Shown here piece after piece: positions 1 through 11,016 of a stretch of DNA of 64,000 bases. Position numbers and translations under genes: made by a program. Source of the DNA: Tortispora ganteri (lineage: Eukaryota); contig PPNB01000020.1 of assembly GCA_003707115.1 (NCBI GenBank), forward strand, positions 62,001 through 126,000, written 5' to 3'. The stretch's first letter is position 1. Every line of letters begins with the position of its first letter. The notes under the pieces are model-generated. The model was not told the origin of the DNA and ran no database searches. It was given only the letters and a program-made list of their open reading frames with translations.

Positions 1-2
1 AC

Positions 3-2462
3 CTCGGATCGCATCTTCCAGCAGCACGTACTTTCGACCATCACGACTATTCACCGGTTTTAGACGCTGGAAGCTTTGATGACGCAAAATCGAAATATGC
101 TGCTTCTTCAGTTTTATCTGCAGAATCTGCACCGTCGCTCTATCGCTTGTATACCACAGAATCAGACGATTTAGACGGATTGCCTGCCTCAGATCATGTG
201 AGACGTAATCGAAACTATGCCCGCAAGCAGGTCAAACTCACTCATGGAAATTTAGTTTTGAACTGCCCGGTTCCTAGCAAACTTCTTAGTTTTTTGCCGC
301 GAAGAGACAGCGAAGAATTTCGTTCCATGCGATACACTGCTGTCACTTGCGATGCGAACGACTTCAATGCTGCCGGATTCACTTTGAGACCTTCTGAATG
401 TGGAAGAGAGATCGAGATAGCAGTGTGTATCACTTTATACAATGAAGACTACATATCTCTTTCACGAACGCTTTATGCGGTAATGAAAAATGTTGCGCAC
501 CTTTGTTCGAGAAATCGATCTAGAATTTGGGGCCCGGACGGCTGGAAGAAAGTGGCCGTAGTTATTATTGCCGACGGTAGGAAGCTTGTTAATCCTAGAG
601 TGCTTGACATACTTGCAGCAATGGGAGTATACCAAGATGGTGTAGCCAAAAGCTTTGTGAATGGCAAAGCTGTGCAAGCGCACATCTATGAATATACTAC
701 TCAGGTGTCAATTGATTCTGATCTTAAATTCAGAGGTCCAGAAAAAGGAATTGTACCTGTTCAAACCATGCTTTGCATAAAAGAACATAACCTCAAGAAA
801 ATAAACTCTCATCGATGGTTTTTCCGAGCTTTTTGCGGTAATATTCAACCTAATGTTTGCATTATGATAGACGTCGGAACAGTGCCTAGTATCTCTTCCC
901 TATATCATCTATGGAAAGCCTTCGACAGAGATTCTAATGTTGGAGGTGCCTGCGGCGAGATTTTGGCTATGAAAGGTAAAGGGTGGAAATATCTTTTAAA
1001 TCCTCTAGTGGCGTCGCAAAATTTTGAGTATAAGATTTCTAATATTTTGGACAAACCAATGGAAAGCGCTTTTGGATATATCACAGTCCTTCCTGGAGCA
1101 CTTTCAGCTTATCGTTACATTGCGCTGCAGAGTGAAGATGGCATTGAAGGGCCTTTGGATAAATATTTTCGCGGAGAAGTGAGTCATTCCGATATGTGCA
1201 ACGTTTTTAACGCCAATATGTATTTAGCTGAAGACCGCATTCTTTGCTGGGAATTAGTCGCTAGAACTAATGCAAGATGGGTCTTAAAGTATGTACGCGC
1301 TGCCACAGGAGAAACGGATGTGCCTTATTCAGTAACTGAGTTTGTGAGTCAACGAAGACGATGGCTGAACGGCTCATTTTTTGCTGCTCTCTATGCTCAG
1401 ATCTCTGCTAGGCGATTATGGAGCACTGACCATTCAATGGGTAGAAAAATTATGCTCCAATTTGAGTTCATTTATCAATTTTTCAATTTGCTCTTCAGCT
1501 TTTTCAGCATTGGTAACTTTTACTTATCTTTTTATTTCATTGCTGGTGCCTTTGCGTCATCTGATAACTCTGTTCTTGGGGCATCAATGACCGGTAAAGT
1601 ATTTTTCTATATCTTCCAGGTCCTTATTATTCTTCTTCTGGCTTGGCAGTTTATAATTTCTCTAGGGAATAGACCTCAAGGTGCTAAGTGGCTATTTCTA
1701 GCTAGTATGATTGCGTTCAGTGTTATAATGGCGTATACAACTGGCTGTGCCCTTTATTATGTTGTGAAATCCCTTATGTCAATCAAGGATGGAGAATCTA
1801 TAATTGGAAATAATGCATTCACTAACATCATTTTGTCAATGTTGGCTACTTTTGGTATATATGGGGCCATGTCTATTCTTTACTTGGACCCATGGCATAT
1901 GCTTTCTTCCATTCTTCAGTACTATTTATTACTTCCAAGCTACATTTGTGTGCTACAAGTCTTTGCATTTTGCAATACTCATGATATATCGTGGGGTACG
2001 AAAGGTGCTAATATTGAGACAGCAGATCTTGGTGCCGCAGTGGTCCCTGATGGAAAAGTTGCACAAGATGTGGTTGAAGTTGATGTGCCTTCTCAACAGA
2101 TCGATATCGATACTGGCTATGAAAATTCACTTATTAACCTTAGGGAACGACGAAAAGTTACTGATCCTTTGCCAGATGAGATCACTATTCGGAATGACTA
2201 TTACCGAAAGATCAGGACTATGGTTGTTATGACCTGGGTCACTGCTAATATCATTTTGGTGTACGTTATCACTCATGTGTTTTCGGTTAGCGACCCTGGA
2301 ACAAATGGCTACTTGAAGTTCATGTTATGGTCTATAACAGCACTGACTGCTTTTAGAGCTGTTGGATCTGTAGCCTACCTAATATGGCTTGGTTTGAACA
2401 ACATGATTAATACCCGCGACAGAATTTCCCGAAATGTGAAAGAGCGCAGACAAAAGCCTTGA
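3..2462 (+). CDS. CHS2: Chitin synthase, class II-like (GT2); 5' end lies outside the window
   Basis: Frame is open from base 3 to the stop at 2462. Motifs [41 protein letters not shown] and SWGTKG, plus several C-terminal TM segments. [12 protein letters not shown] is typical of class II. Confidence 0.93.
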   Translation, partial: LGSHLPAARTFDHHDYSPVLDAGSFDDAKSKYAASSVLSAESAPSLYRLYTTESDDLDGLPASDHVRRNRNYARKQVKLTHGNLVLNCPVPSKLLSFLPRRDSEEFRSMRYTAVTCDANDFNAAGFTLRPSECGREIEIAVCITLYNEDYISLSRTLYAVMKNVAHLCSRNRSRIWGPDGWKKVAVVIIADGRKLVNPRVLDILAAMGVYQDGVAKSFVNGKAVQAHIYEYTTQVSIDSDLKFRGPEKGIVPVQTMLCIKEHNLKKINSHRWFFRAFCGNIQPNVCIMIDVGTVPSISSLYHLWKAFDRDSNVGGACGEILAMKGKGWKYLLNPLVASQNFEYKISNILDKPMESAFGYITVLPGALSAYRYIALQSEDGIEGPLDKYFRGEVSHSDMCNVFNANMYLAEDRILCWELVARTNARWVLKYVRAATGETDVPYSVTEFVSQRRRWLNGSFFAALYAQISARRLWSTDHSMGRKIMLQFEFIYQFFNLLFSFFSIGNFYLSFYFIAGAFASSDNSVLGASMTGKVFFYIFQVLIILLLAWQFIISLGNRPQGAKWLFLASMIAFSVIMAYTTGCALYYVVKSLMSIKDGESIIGNNAFTNIILSMLATFGIYGAMSILYLDPWHMLSSILQYYLLLPSYICVLQVFAFCNTHDISWGTKGANIETADLGAAVVPDGKVAQDVVEVDVPSQQIDIDTGYENSLINLRERRKVTDPLPDEITIRNDYYRKIRTMVVMTWVTANIILVYVITHVFSVSDPGTNGYLKFMLWSITALTAFRAVGSVAYLIWLGLNNMINTRDRISRNVKERRQKP

Positions 2463-2726
2463 CCAATTATATTTCATGTTAAAAGAAAGTACATATATAA
2501 CCCGTGCATTATAATTCCATAATATAGAATAAACTTGTCTGATCAGCTGTACTACCTACAAGATCTACGCTCTTCAAAAATGAAAATGTCATACTATTTA
2601 TTCAGAAATTCATTCACATGAAATCAAAAAGATCAATTTAATCACTAACTTGATCAAACAATGCAATTATATATAAATTGAGGGGCGATGTTAACCAACC
2701 GTCTAGGCCAGTAGAGTATGAAATCC

Positions 2727-4847
2727 TTATCGCCAACCTAATGTGTTTTCCAGCATTACGGGTCCGGATATATTTATTGTAGTGCCATTAACTCCAGCAC
2801 CTCCAGAAATAGTAGTTCCGCCATAAGAACTTTCACACAACGGTCCTTTGCCATAATAGCTTCCCGATTCAGAAGACACGCTTCCTGTTCTGGAATCAAT
2901 TTCCAGGCGCTTGCGAGCACGATATCGCTTAGCAAAAAAGAACATGCCAAATCCATAGAGAACAGCGCCAGCAATAGAGCCCAATGCAATGCCAACAGCC
3001 GATTTATTAATGGGAGTAGAGCCATCGTTACCATACTCAGATGACTCGTCGCCTGTCTTACTCTTCTCTTCATTATTTCCATTCTGATCGTTGTTTTCAT
3101 CAGACGATGTGTTATCTGAGTCTACAGACGATGAAGAGGAAAAACCTTTCAGTGAGACTAAATTAGGGTCTATCAAATCCATCAGCTGAGCCACAAGAGC
3201 GTTAGGGTTTTGATATGCTCTCGAAGACTTATCCTTAAGTAATTGGTAAAGGTTTTCAGCTTCGGAAGATGGAACAAGAGATCGAGCAATAGCTGGAGTA
3301 TATGAATACCCAGCGTCATTATCGGGGGTAATTTGAGAGACTGACAACGACTCTTCACCATGATTCAGAGCATATGCCATACCTTTAGGAAGTAAGTCAA
3401 ATATTTGAGCTGACAATATAGAATTAGAGACCAGAGTATAGTAATCTAAGTCTTCTAAAAAGCCAATATAAATCTTAGATAAGTCTTCTTGGGTGCTTTT
3501 AGAATTCTGAGTAGCGGCAGGAAGGATGACGCTTGGAATGTTAACTGGTGTAGCAGCCGAAGAATGAGTTTGAGATTCAGTTGGTATCGCAAGTCTCGTA
3601 GGCAAAAAGTCAGTGTAGTGTTCGGTTGAAGCGGTTGAGGGTTTCGTGCGAGAAGACTGTAGTAATGCATCATGTGCATCTGACCCAGAAACAGTAGCTG
3701 TAGCGGATGAGTAAGAGGCAATCGACAGCATCGTCTCACCATGTTTAACAGTAGGAGAGGGTGCAGCAGAAAGGGTGGACATTGGTGAGTCTAGTATCAG
3801 TGTACCGGAAGTCTCGACTGGAGGCGCAGAACTGAAATCAGCTGAGAAAGTAACAGCCTCTGTTGGGGCCTCGGAATCATAATATACAGAAGCTGTGGGT
3901 TTGCTGGTATCAGTGTCAATAGCTTCAGTCGTTTGAGGAGGAAGAAACGTAGCATAATCTGTAGGGCTGAAAATGGGGAATGATGGGAGAGTGGCAGTTT
4001 CAGTCAGTGAAAGAGCATCAATAGTGGTCTCTGTATTTGGTTCAGTGGTAAAATCCGAGTGAAATGTTGGAAATGGAGATGTAGTATCATCAGTAATCGT
4101 ATCCGTGTGAAAGGTTGGAAACGGACGGGTGGCATAATCAGTACTAGTATAAGGTAACAACGATAGACTATTAGTTGGACCTTCATCTCCAGTGGTTTGA
4201 TCAGGAGTAGTGAAAGTAGGGAGTATTTTAGTCGGGTCATTGTAAATCGGAGAGATGGTTAGAATATTTTCAGTAGAAAATGGGGTAGATGTGGTAACCG
4301 GATCTATATCTGAAGTGGTATCAGAAGTTCCTGTCTGGGTATATTGGTCTGTTACCGTGTAGAAAGGTTCTGTTGAAGCAGGCTGACTCGGTTGTATGTA
4401 GGAGTTGTTACCGGGAATAATGAGAGGGGAGTTTGACACATACAAGTCATTTTCTTCAACAGAGTCAGCTTCTTCCTGCTGGGACAGAGAGCCCGAATTT
4501 CTGGCTCGTTCTAGAGCCTCACGAAGGCTTTCATCAAGGTTAGCTGAATGCGAGTATCCCATAGTAGGGTAACTTTCTGAAGGAGTTTGTTGTGAAGTAT
4601 CGGGAGACCTAAAATCATCGGGTATGTGAGGATCTGGAAAATCGCGCGTTGCAAAAAACTGAGAAGGACCTGATAGAGTCGGTAGAGGTTGATCATCTAT
4701 CAGGGACCTGGGCATTATTCTGAAGTCATCAAGCGATCTTTTCTGCAGTATATATGAACGCGCTATCCAACTAGATGATATGTAACAAAGAGATAAGAAG
4801 AATATTAAAAAAGCGAACAGTGATACTCTACGGTTCAGAATAGACAT
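2727..4847 (-). CDS. MSB2: Signalling mucin, Msb2/Hkr1 family
   Basis: N-terminal signal/anchor, long S/T/P-rich region, HMH-like segment IYIGFLEDLDYYTLVSNSILSAQIFDLLP, one TM (AVGIALGSIAGAVLYGFGMFFFA) and C-terminal ISGPVMLENTLGW tail. Confidence 0.85.
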   Translation of the reverse strand: MSILNRRVSLFAFLIFFLSLCYISSSWIARSYILQKRSLDDFRIMPRSLIDDQPLPTLSGPSQFFATRDFPDPHIPDDFRSPDTSQQTPSESYPTMGYSHSANLDESLREALERARNSGSLSQQEEADSVEENDLYVSNSPLIIPGNNSYIQPSQPASTEPFYTVTDQYTQTGTSDTTSDIDPVTTSTPFSTENILTISPIYNDPTKILPTFTTPDQTTGDEGPTNSLSLLPYTSTDYATRPFPTFHTDTITDDTTSPFPTFHSDFTTEPNTETTIDALSLTETATLPSFPIFSPTDYATFLPPQTTEAIDTDTSKPTASVYYDSEAPTEAVTFSADFSSAPPVETSGTLILDSPMSTLSAAPSPTVKHGETMLSIASYSSATATVSGSDAHDALLQSSRTKPSTASTEHYTDFLPTRLAIPTESQTHSSAATPVNIPSVILPAATQNSKSTQEDLSKIYIGFLEDLDYYTLVSNSILSAQIFDLLPKGMAYALNHGEESLSVSQITPDNDAGYSYTPAIARSLVPSSEAENLYQLLKDKSSRAYQNPNALVAQLMDLIDPNLVSLKGFSSSSSVDSDNTSSDENNDQNGNNEEKSKTGDESSEYGNDGSTPINKSAVGIALGSIAGAVLYGFGMFFFAKRYRARKRLEIDSRTGSVSSESGSYYGKGPLCESSYGGTTISGGAGVNGTTINISGPVMLENTLGWR

Positions 4848-5945
4848 TTTGTGAAAAGGGAAAAGAGGGGGTCAGAGGAGTGTATTTTGAGATAAGGCCG
4901 TTTTTCGGTAGATGTATAGGTACCAGCAAATAAAATAGGTCTGAATAAAATAAGAGATAAAAAAATTGAAAGATAAGTCTAGCCAGATGAGTTTGTGGCA
5001 ATGCGAAGCCAGTTCAAATAGTTCTTTACAAAGAGATTGCGAGTTTGCGAGATAGGCCTCAGCAACGAACGGAAATATAAAGATACTAGGAGACCAGCGG
5101 GCAACAATCTTCTTATATAAAGAATGTTATGGAGATATTCCTAATGAGGAGGGTATAAGCGAAAAATAAGTGCAGTGAAAGAGTGTGGAAACAGAAGATT
5201 ACTAAAAAGAAGTGTTTAGACTGTTAAAGGGGTGCGAAGAAAGGCGAAGGAAAGCGACTTTTGTTATTAACTAGGTAAACTTGCGCTCAAGGGATGGATA
5301 ATAAACTCTTCAATGAAAGTATAAGCTTGTTAAGGTGTTTATTAATTTACTGTTAACCAATAATACGCGTTACTGGGTGAGAATGCCATGACAACAATGT
5401 TTAATTCCCATTTCTTTCAGTAGCACATTCTCTTTTAGAGTGATCCAACCCGAAGAATGCACCCTGCGAATCACTCTTACACGTCAATACAACCTTTCTA
5501 AAGGCTCGCTGGATTACACTGCTTATAGCGATTTAAGGTCGTATTACCTGGACTATTAACTCCAAGTTAGCACGTACTCACTTTCTCATGAGACGTGCTG
5601 CCTACAGTGGTTACATTCCACAAAATTAAGATCGTTCTAACTTAAAGTTATTGCTTCACTGAGTATCTTTGGACATCCAATAGCCGACACGCAACAGGTT
5701 CATGTTTAGACTAAGTATGTTCGCTATTTGTTAACGCTCGATACCGGAAAATACGCGCGTCTGATTGGTGATTAACTGACTTAAACCCCCGCCAGAACGA
5801 TGAAGCATCACGTGATATATTGTTCTCCAGCGACACCGAGACTCGCAAGACGAACTATCCGATCAGTTTCCTGAAGCCGTAGATTTTTGCAGCATATATA
5901 TAGAAGGCTACAATAAGGTTCAATTGATATCAATACTGTCTAAAT

Positions 5946-7295
5946 ATGCTATTGCGATATAGGTCATTCATAGGCAGTCGAACATGTTCAATGCATATTT
6001 GTCAAGCCATGAAGCGATCAATTTCTTCCGCTAATAACAGCGGAGGTCCACTGTCGCTATACGACAAAAAGGTTAAAGATGGAAAACTTAAGAACGATGA
6101 TTTTCAAAGAGGTGTCGTTGCTGATATGGAGTCACTTTATCACACTATTGAGAAGTACAATCCTGCGCCGGTGGAACTGCCATCTCTATCGTCTTTGCAG
6201 CCGAAAAAGGGTTTATTCTCGTTCCTTGCTCCGAAGCCAAAACCTTTTGATCTCTCTAAGACTCCAAAAGGTATATACTTATATGGTGATGTGGGTTGCG
6301 GCAAAACAATGCTGATGGATCTGTTCTATGATACGATCCCTGGGCATCTCACTAAAAAGCGCATTCATTTTCATTCTTTCATGCAAAATGTGCACCACAG
6401 AATACATGATCTGCATACTAAATACGGTAACGATCTTAACGCGATCCCACATATTGGAGCAACTTTAGCCAAGGAATCTATTGTTTTGTGTTTTGACGAA
6501 TTTCAGGTAACCGATGTAGCAGATGCAATGCTGTTACGATTTCTGCTGGAATCGCTTATTCACAATGGAGTGGTCCTATTCATGACCTCTAACCGCTCCC
6601 CCGACGATCTTTACTTAAATGGCGTTCAACGTCAATCATTTATCCCTTGTATAGAGTTGCTCAAAGAGCGAACAAAAGTCATTAATCTCGATTCCCCTAC
6701 CGACTACCGCAAAATACCGCGCCCAACCTCTAATGTTTACTTCACGTCTCTCTCTGACAAGAAGGCCGCGCAGAAACACGTCGATGATTGGTTCTCATAT
6801 TTTGCTGATCCTAAAGATCCTCAACCTCACTCAGATAAGTTGACAGTTTGGGGCCGAACTATAACAGTACCAAAAGCTTCAGGAACTGCAGTTGCTCAGT
6901 TCACCTTTAAAGACCTTTGCGAGCAACCAATGTCATCTGCTGATTATTTAGCCATAACGCAACATTACAAGGCTATGATAATCACAGATATCCCTATATT
7001 AACTATTAACCAGAAAGATTACGCTAGAAGGTTCATCACGCTGATCGATGCTATTTATGAAAATAAGGTCAAACTAGCGTGCACATCAGCAACAACTTTT
7101 GACCAGTTATTTGTCAGTGAGGGCCGTTCTGAGGAAGATGAAGCTCATCTATTAGAGATGGCTGCAGAATTAGATATATCCCCTGAACTAATGAAGAATT
7201 CCAATTTTTTTACTGGAGATGAAGAAATATTTGCATTTGCACGTGCTTTTTCGCGGTTAGTACAAATGTCATCTCAAGAATGGCTCGACAATTAA
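5946..7295 (+). CDS. AFG1: Mitochondrial AFG1/LACE1/ZapE-family ATPase
   Basis: Walker A GDVGCGKTMLMDLF, Walker B LCFDEFQVTDVADAM, TSNRSPDDLY, ARRFITLID; presequence-like N-terminus. Confidence 0.95.
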   Translation: MLLRYRSFIGSRTCSMHICQAMKRSISSANNSGGPLSLYDKKVKDGKLKNDDFQRGVVADMESLYHTIEKYNPAPVELPSLSSLQPKKGLFSFLAPKPKPFDLSKTPKGIYLYGDVGCGKTMLMDLFYDTIPGHLTKKRIHFHSFMQNVHHRIHDLHTKYGNDLNAIPHIGATLAKESIVLCFDEFQVTDVADAMLLRFLLESLIHNGVVLFMTSNRSPDDLYLNGVQRQSFIPCIELLKERTKVINLDSPTDYRKIPRPTSNVYFTSLSDKKAAQKHVDDWFSYFADPKDPQPHSDKLTVWGRTITVPKASGTAVAQFTFKDLCEQPMSSADYLAITQHYKAMIITDIPILTINQKDYARRFITLIDAIYENKVKLACTSATTFDQLFVSEGRSEEDEAHLLEMAAELDISPELMKNSNFFTGDEEIFAFARAFSRLVQMSSQEWLDN

Positions 7296-7363
7296 TTGTC
7301 GATTGCTACTAATGATAATTCTTTGGTCATACTTTTTTTTTAGAACATCGGAGTTTGTTTTTC

Positions 7364-8491
7364 TCAGATTTGCTCTGCAATACTGAATGTCATTTCACTG
7401 AGATCATAGGCCATTGCCAGACCTAATTCAATGAATTTCTTGACATTATCCATGTCTAAATGCGAAATGACATCATTAACACTATGAATAAATGGGTTGG
7501 ATTTCTTTATAGGAGCTTCTATAAGTGCGACTGCAGGATAACCTACTTTGTTTGCGGATGCATGATCAGAACATGCGTATCCACAAGTAGCCTCTGTTAT
7601 CTGAAGGTTGAAGTATTTATATGCGGCATCCTTGATATATTCTACCAATGGAGGATATGCTTTATCGATTAGAAGAACAGGGTTGTGATTGGCACCTGCT
7701 CTCTTGATGTATCCCAGCATATCGAATTGAATCATGGCGAGAACGTTTTTCTTATTTTTGGCGTAATCTGCAAATACTTCTTGTGAGCCCCGAAGACCTA
7801 CCTCTTCAGCCGAATAGAAATGAAACTCGAGTGTAGTTCGAGGAGTTATATTCAACTTACAGAAAACTGAGAACATCTCGAATACAGTTGCTGCTCCCGT
7901 TGCATCATCATCTGCACCAGGAGCTCTTCCGTTCAATGGATCCAATTGGTTAATTGAATCTATATGGGCACCGAACACGACTACAGAACTTGGATCTGTC
8001 TGGTCCCCTGGGATCCTCGCAATTATTGAGTCTTGCTGCCAATCTGAATGAACGAATTTTGTGACATGTGCAGTCCCATGTGCAGCGGCTGCCTTCTGGA
8101 GGCGTTCAAACAGCGAATTCGATACATCTTGCGCATATGCACTCTTATAAAACCGTGTATGAAACGATGATAAATAATTAATGAATGATTCAGCTCTTGT
8201 CATATTAATATTGCTGACAAGAGAATTTATCTGCTTTTTATTTTGAAACGAGTTAGGATACTGAATATCGAATTCACGCTTGAAAGTTATCGAAGAATCT
8301 TCAAAAATATCTGTAAAGTGCGGTGTAACGTCCATGAAGCTGATACCTTTACTCTTGAGGGTTAGCATTTCTGCCATTGAGGTCCACATTGAATGGCGTT
8401 CGTCAGTTTGGATTAGGCGCAATTCATCGATGGGCTCAGCTAAAACAGCGCATAGACAGGAGACTGAAAAAAGTAGAAAGAGCCACCACAT
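7364..8491 (-). CDS. Secreted/vacuolar M28 leucyl aminopeptidase (LAP1-like) with propeptide
   Basis: Signal peptide, propeptide ending near a KR site, and Zn-ligand motifs GAHIDS, PGADDDATG, SAEEVGL, QFDMLG, CGYACSDHAS, IHSVND. Confidence 0.93.
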   Translation of the reverse strand: MWWLFLLFSVSCLCAVLAEPIDELRLIQTDERHSMWTSMAEMLTLKSKGISFMDVTPHFTDIFEDSSITFKREFDIQYPNSFQNKKQINSLVSNINMTRAESFINYLSSFHTRFYKSAYAQDVSNSLFERLQKAAAAHGTAHVTKFVHSDWQQDSIIARIPGDQTDPSSVVVFGAHIDSINQLDPLNGRAPGADDDATGAATVFEMFSVFCKLNITPRTTLEFHFYSAEEVGLRGSQEVFADYAKNKKNVLAMIQFDMLGYIKRAGANHNPVLLIDKAYPPLVEYIKDAAYKYFNLQITEATCGYACSDHASANKVGYPAVALIEAPIKKSNPFIHSVNDVISHLDMDNVKKFIELGLAMAYDLSEMTFSIAEQI

Positions 8492-8714
8492 TCTTGAGTT
8501 TTCTATGTAAATACAAGTATAGATATGTGACTAAAGATGGAATAAAAAAGGATGGAGGACAATTCGACTGCACTAGGCAGCGTCGAGCAGAAGATGTGTG
8601 CACCCTGCATGTCCTAGCAGAGGGTGGACTAGCGGCAGGGGTCGTTCAGCATTAAGGGTTAGATTTAGTGAATTGAAAGCAGTAAAATTGCGCACAACTA
8701 CCTCTGTAGAATTA

Positions 8715-9638
8715 TCATGCGGCTAATTCTATAGTGTATCCGAGAGCAATTTTGACAGCTTCAGCTATATGACTAAAATCTAGATGGTCAATAGTGTCAG
8801 CCGTTGAATGAACGAACCAGTTCCTCCCGAGCAGTTTGCTTTCGGTGATAAGAGCAGAAGGAAATTTAAATTTGTTTGCTGAAGCGTGATCAGAGCATGC
8901 ATAGCGACATTTTGTTGGAGAGAGAGCCAGCGTACTGTGACACTGGGCCACCATACGAAGGAATTCCACGAGTGTAGGACTCGCGTTGTCTGTAACCACA
9001 GCCATATGAGGTGGCAAATGAGGGTTGGGTATTCCGACAGTATCAAATTGGACCATACTTATAATATTCTTGTGTTTGTGGCGATAATCTTGAAATATTT
9101 GTTGAGATCCCTTGAGACCCGATTCTTCTGCGGAGTAGAAATGGAACTCTATATTGCGGTTTGACTGAAATTGAACATCTAGAAGAACGTTTAAAACTTC
9201 AAAAAGAGTTACCATTCCTGATGCATTATCGTCTGCACCTGGTGAATACGATTTAGAAGGGAAAAAATGAGATGAAGAGTCGATATGAGAACCTAAAACG
9301 ACTGTCTCCTTTTGCGGAGCATTCCATTTAACGATGACTGATTTCTGTTTCCACGGATGTTTAACAGTTTCCAAAGAGAGAAAACTATTCACAGAAATAA
9401 GGGGGTCAAGTAGATCAATTAGCTTTGAAACAGCATCTGAGCCGGAATCGGACATATAGTATCGGTTATGACAAGATGTGATGCTAGCGACAAACGTGTA
9501 CATCCGCTGCAGATCTATTTGATTTATAGCATTTGAAACAGTATCATTATATAACAATTGTGTAGGGAATCTATATTTATTAAATTTTTCTGCATAACAA
9601 AAGCTATAAAGCAGTGCTAATATGAAAATGAATGTCAT
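8715..9638 (-). CDS. Second M28 leucyl aminopeptidase, lacking the propeptide
   Basis: Signal peptide followed directly by the mature domain; GSHIDS, PGADDNASG, SAEESGL, QFDTVG, CRYACSDHAS, VHSTAD. Confidence 0.9.
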   Translation of the reverse strand: MTFIFILALLYSFCYAEKFNKYRFPTQLLYNDTVSNAINQIDLQRMYTFVASITSCHNRYYMSDSGSDAVSKLIDLLDPLISVNSFLSLETVKHPWKQKSVIVKWNAPQKETVVLGSHIDSSSHFFPSKSYSPGADDNASGMVTLFEVLNVLLDVQFQSNRNIEFHFYSAEESGLKGSQQIFQDYRHKHKNIISMVQFDTVGIPNPHLPPHMAVVTDNASPTLVEFLRMVAQCHSTLALSPTKCRYACSDHASANKFKFPSALITESKLLGRNWFVHSTADTIDHLDFSHIAEAVKIALGYTIELAA

Positions 9639-9651
9639 AACGGAGAATAAG

Positions 9652-10896
9652 TTAAGCTTCGAGGATATCGATATTGACTTTCCTCAGAGCATCAATAGCC
9701 CATTGAGGGTACTTTTCTTTGGATCCATGAAGGTCTTTAAAAAATTTTGAGACATAAGCAGGAAATCTATCTTCAATTATTGCATCTCTTGCTTCAGACA
9801 TTAGGCGCAATTGGTATGCAACATTATGCAAAGTTAACAGATGTGCGCCAGTAGTGTCACGACCCGCCAGCTGATGCAAGTATGCTCGCGTTATACCAAA
9901 TCCGCCATTATCTGTTGATCTGCACACTGGACACGTGCAATCTTCCTCAAGCGGTTTAAATTCTGAGGCGTACTTGGCATGCCTCATATTTAAGTTACCA
10001 AATCGCGTTAATGCCGTGCCAAAACGCGCCGTTCGTGTAGGAAACACACAGTCAAACATATCTACACCAAGCGCAACTGACACAATAAGATCTTCAGCAA
10101 ATCCAATACCCATACAATATATCGGTTTAGGTTCAGGTAACAGCTCGTTTAACATAGTGGTGCACAGATCGACCACTTCGCAGAAATGATGTTTCTCCTC
10201 GCCGCCAGAAAGACCGCCAATGGCAATACCAGGCGTATCTCTCGCAACCATCTCCTTAACACACATTTTTCTTAGTTCCAGATCAAGCCCACCCTGAATA
10301 ATGCAGAAAAGGTTCTGAGTTTCTGGTCTCTTATGCGAAGCGATGCAGCGATCGAGCCATCTAATCGACCTATGTGTCGCTTCCTCTAACCGGGCACCTG
10401 TAGTTAGTGTAGACACAACATCGTCCAGTTGCATCATTATGTCGGCACCAATACTGTTTTGCAACGACATGGAGTGTTCTGGTGTCAACAACATCGGCGA
10501 TCCGTCGTGTGGACTGAGAAATTGCACTCCTTCCTCCGTGATCGTCGCGAGCTTCAGCAAAGATACCATCTGGAACCCCCCAGAATCAGTCAAAATATTA
10601 CCCTCCCAGGACTGCAGTTTATGGGCTCCACCAACTGCATCTAGCACTTCTTGTCCGGGTTTTAATCCTAAATGGTATGTGTTATTTAAACATATGGTAC
10701 ATCCTAGCTGCGCAAGCTGTTCCGGTGTCAATCCTTTCAGAGAAGCCTGTGTCGCCACAGGCATAAATACAGGGGTCTTTACTGTACCATGAGGAAGCAC
10801 CAAATCTGTTGCACGTGCTTTACTGAACGAACAACGTCCTACTACTCTCAAACTGAGCGGTTTTTTCATACAAGGATTTTTCTTAGCCAAGGTCAT
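9652..10896 (-). CDS. QTRT1: Queuine tRNA-ribosyltransferase catalytic subunit (eukaryotic TGT)
   Basis: TPVFMPVAT, NTYHL, LTDSGGFQMVSL, IIQGG, GGLSGGE, DMFDCVFPTRTAR, Zn site CTCPVC...HN. Confidence 0.95.
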   Translation of the reverse strand: MTLAKKNPCMKKPLSLRVVGRCSFSKARATDLVLPHGTVKTPVFMPVATQASLKGLTPEQLAQLGCTICLNNTYHLGLKPGQEVLDAVGGAHKLQSWEGNILTDSGGFQMVSLLKLATITEEGVQFLSPHDGSPMLLTPEHSMSLQNSIGADIMMQLDDVVSTLTTGARLEEATHRSIRWLDRCIASHKRPETQNLFCIIQGGLDLELRKMCVKEMVARDTPGIAIGGLSGGEEKHHFCEVVDLCTTMLNELLPEPKPIYCMGIGFAEDLIVSVALGVDMFDCVFPTRTARFGTALTRFGNLNMRHAKYASEFKPLEEDCTCPVCRSTDNGGFGITRAYLHQLAGRDTTGAHLLTLHNVAYQLRLMSEARDAIIEDRFPAYVSKFFKDLHGSKEKYPQWAIDALRKVNIDILEA

Positions 10897-11016
10897 ATAT
10901 AGTATTGGTACAGTTTAGAAGTTTTTACATTGGGACGAATACGGCGCTGCTATTGGTCTACTAGATATTCGTGAAATTACGCACATAAATACATCTAGCA
11001 CCCGCTTTAATGATCC

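Noticed and set aside
6290..6330. Possible alternative yeast genetic code (CUG as Ser or Ala)
   Set aside because: CTG falls at conserved Leu positions: AFG1 KTMLMDLF here and MCD4 GDGLRADK. This indicates the standard code.
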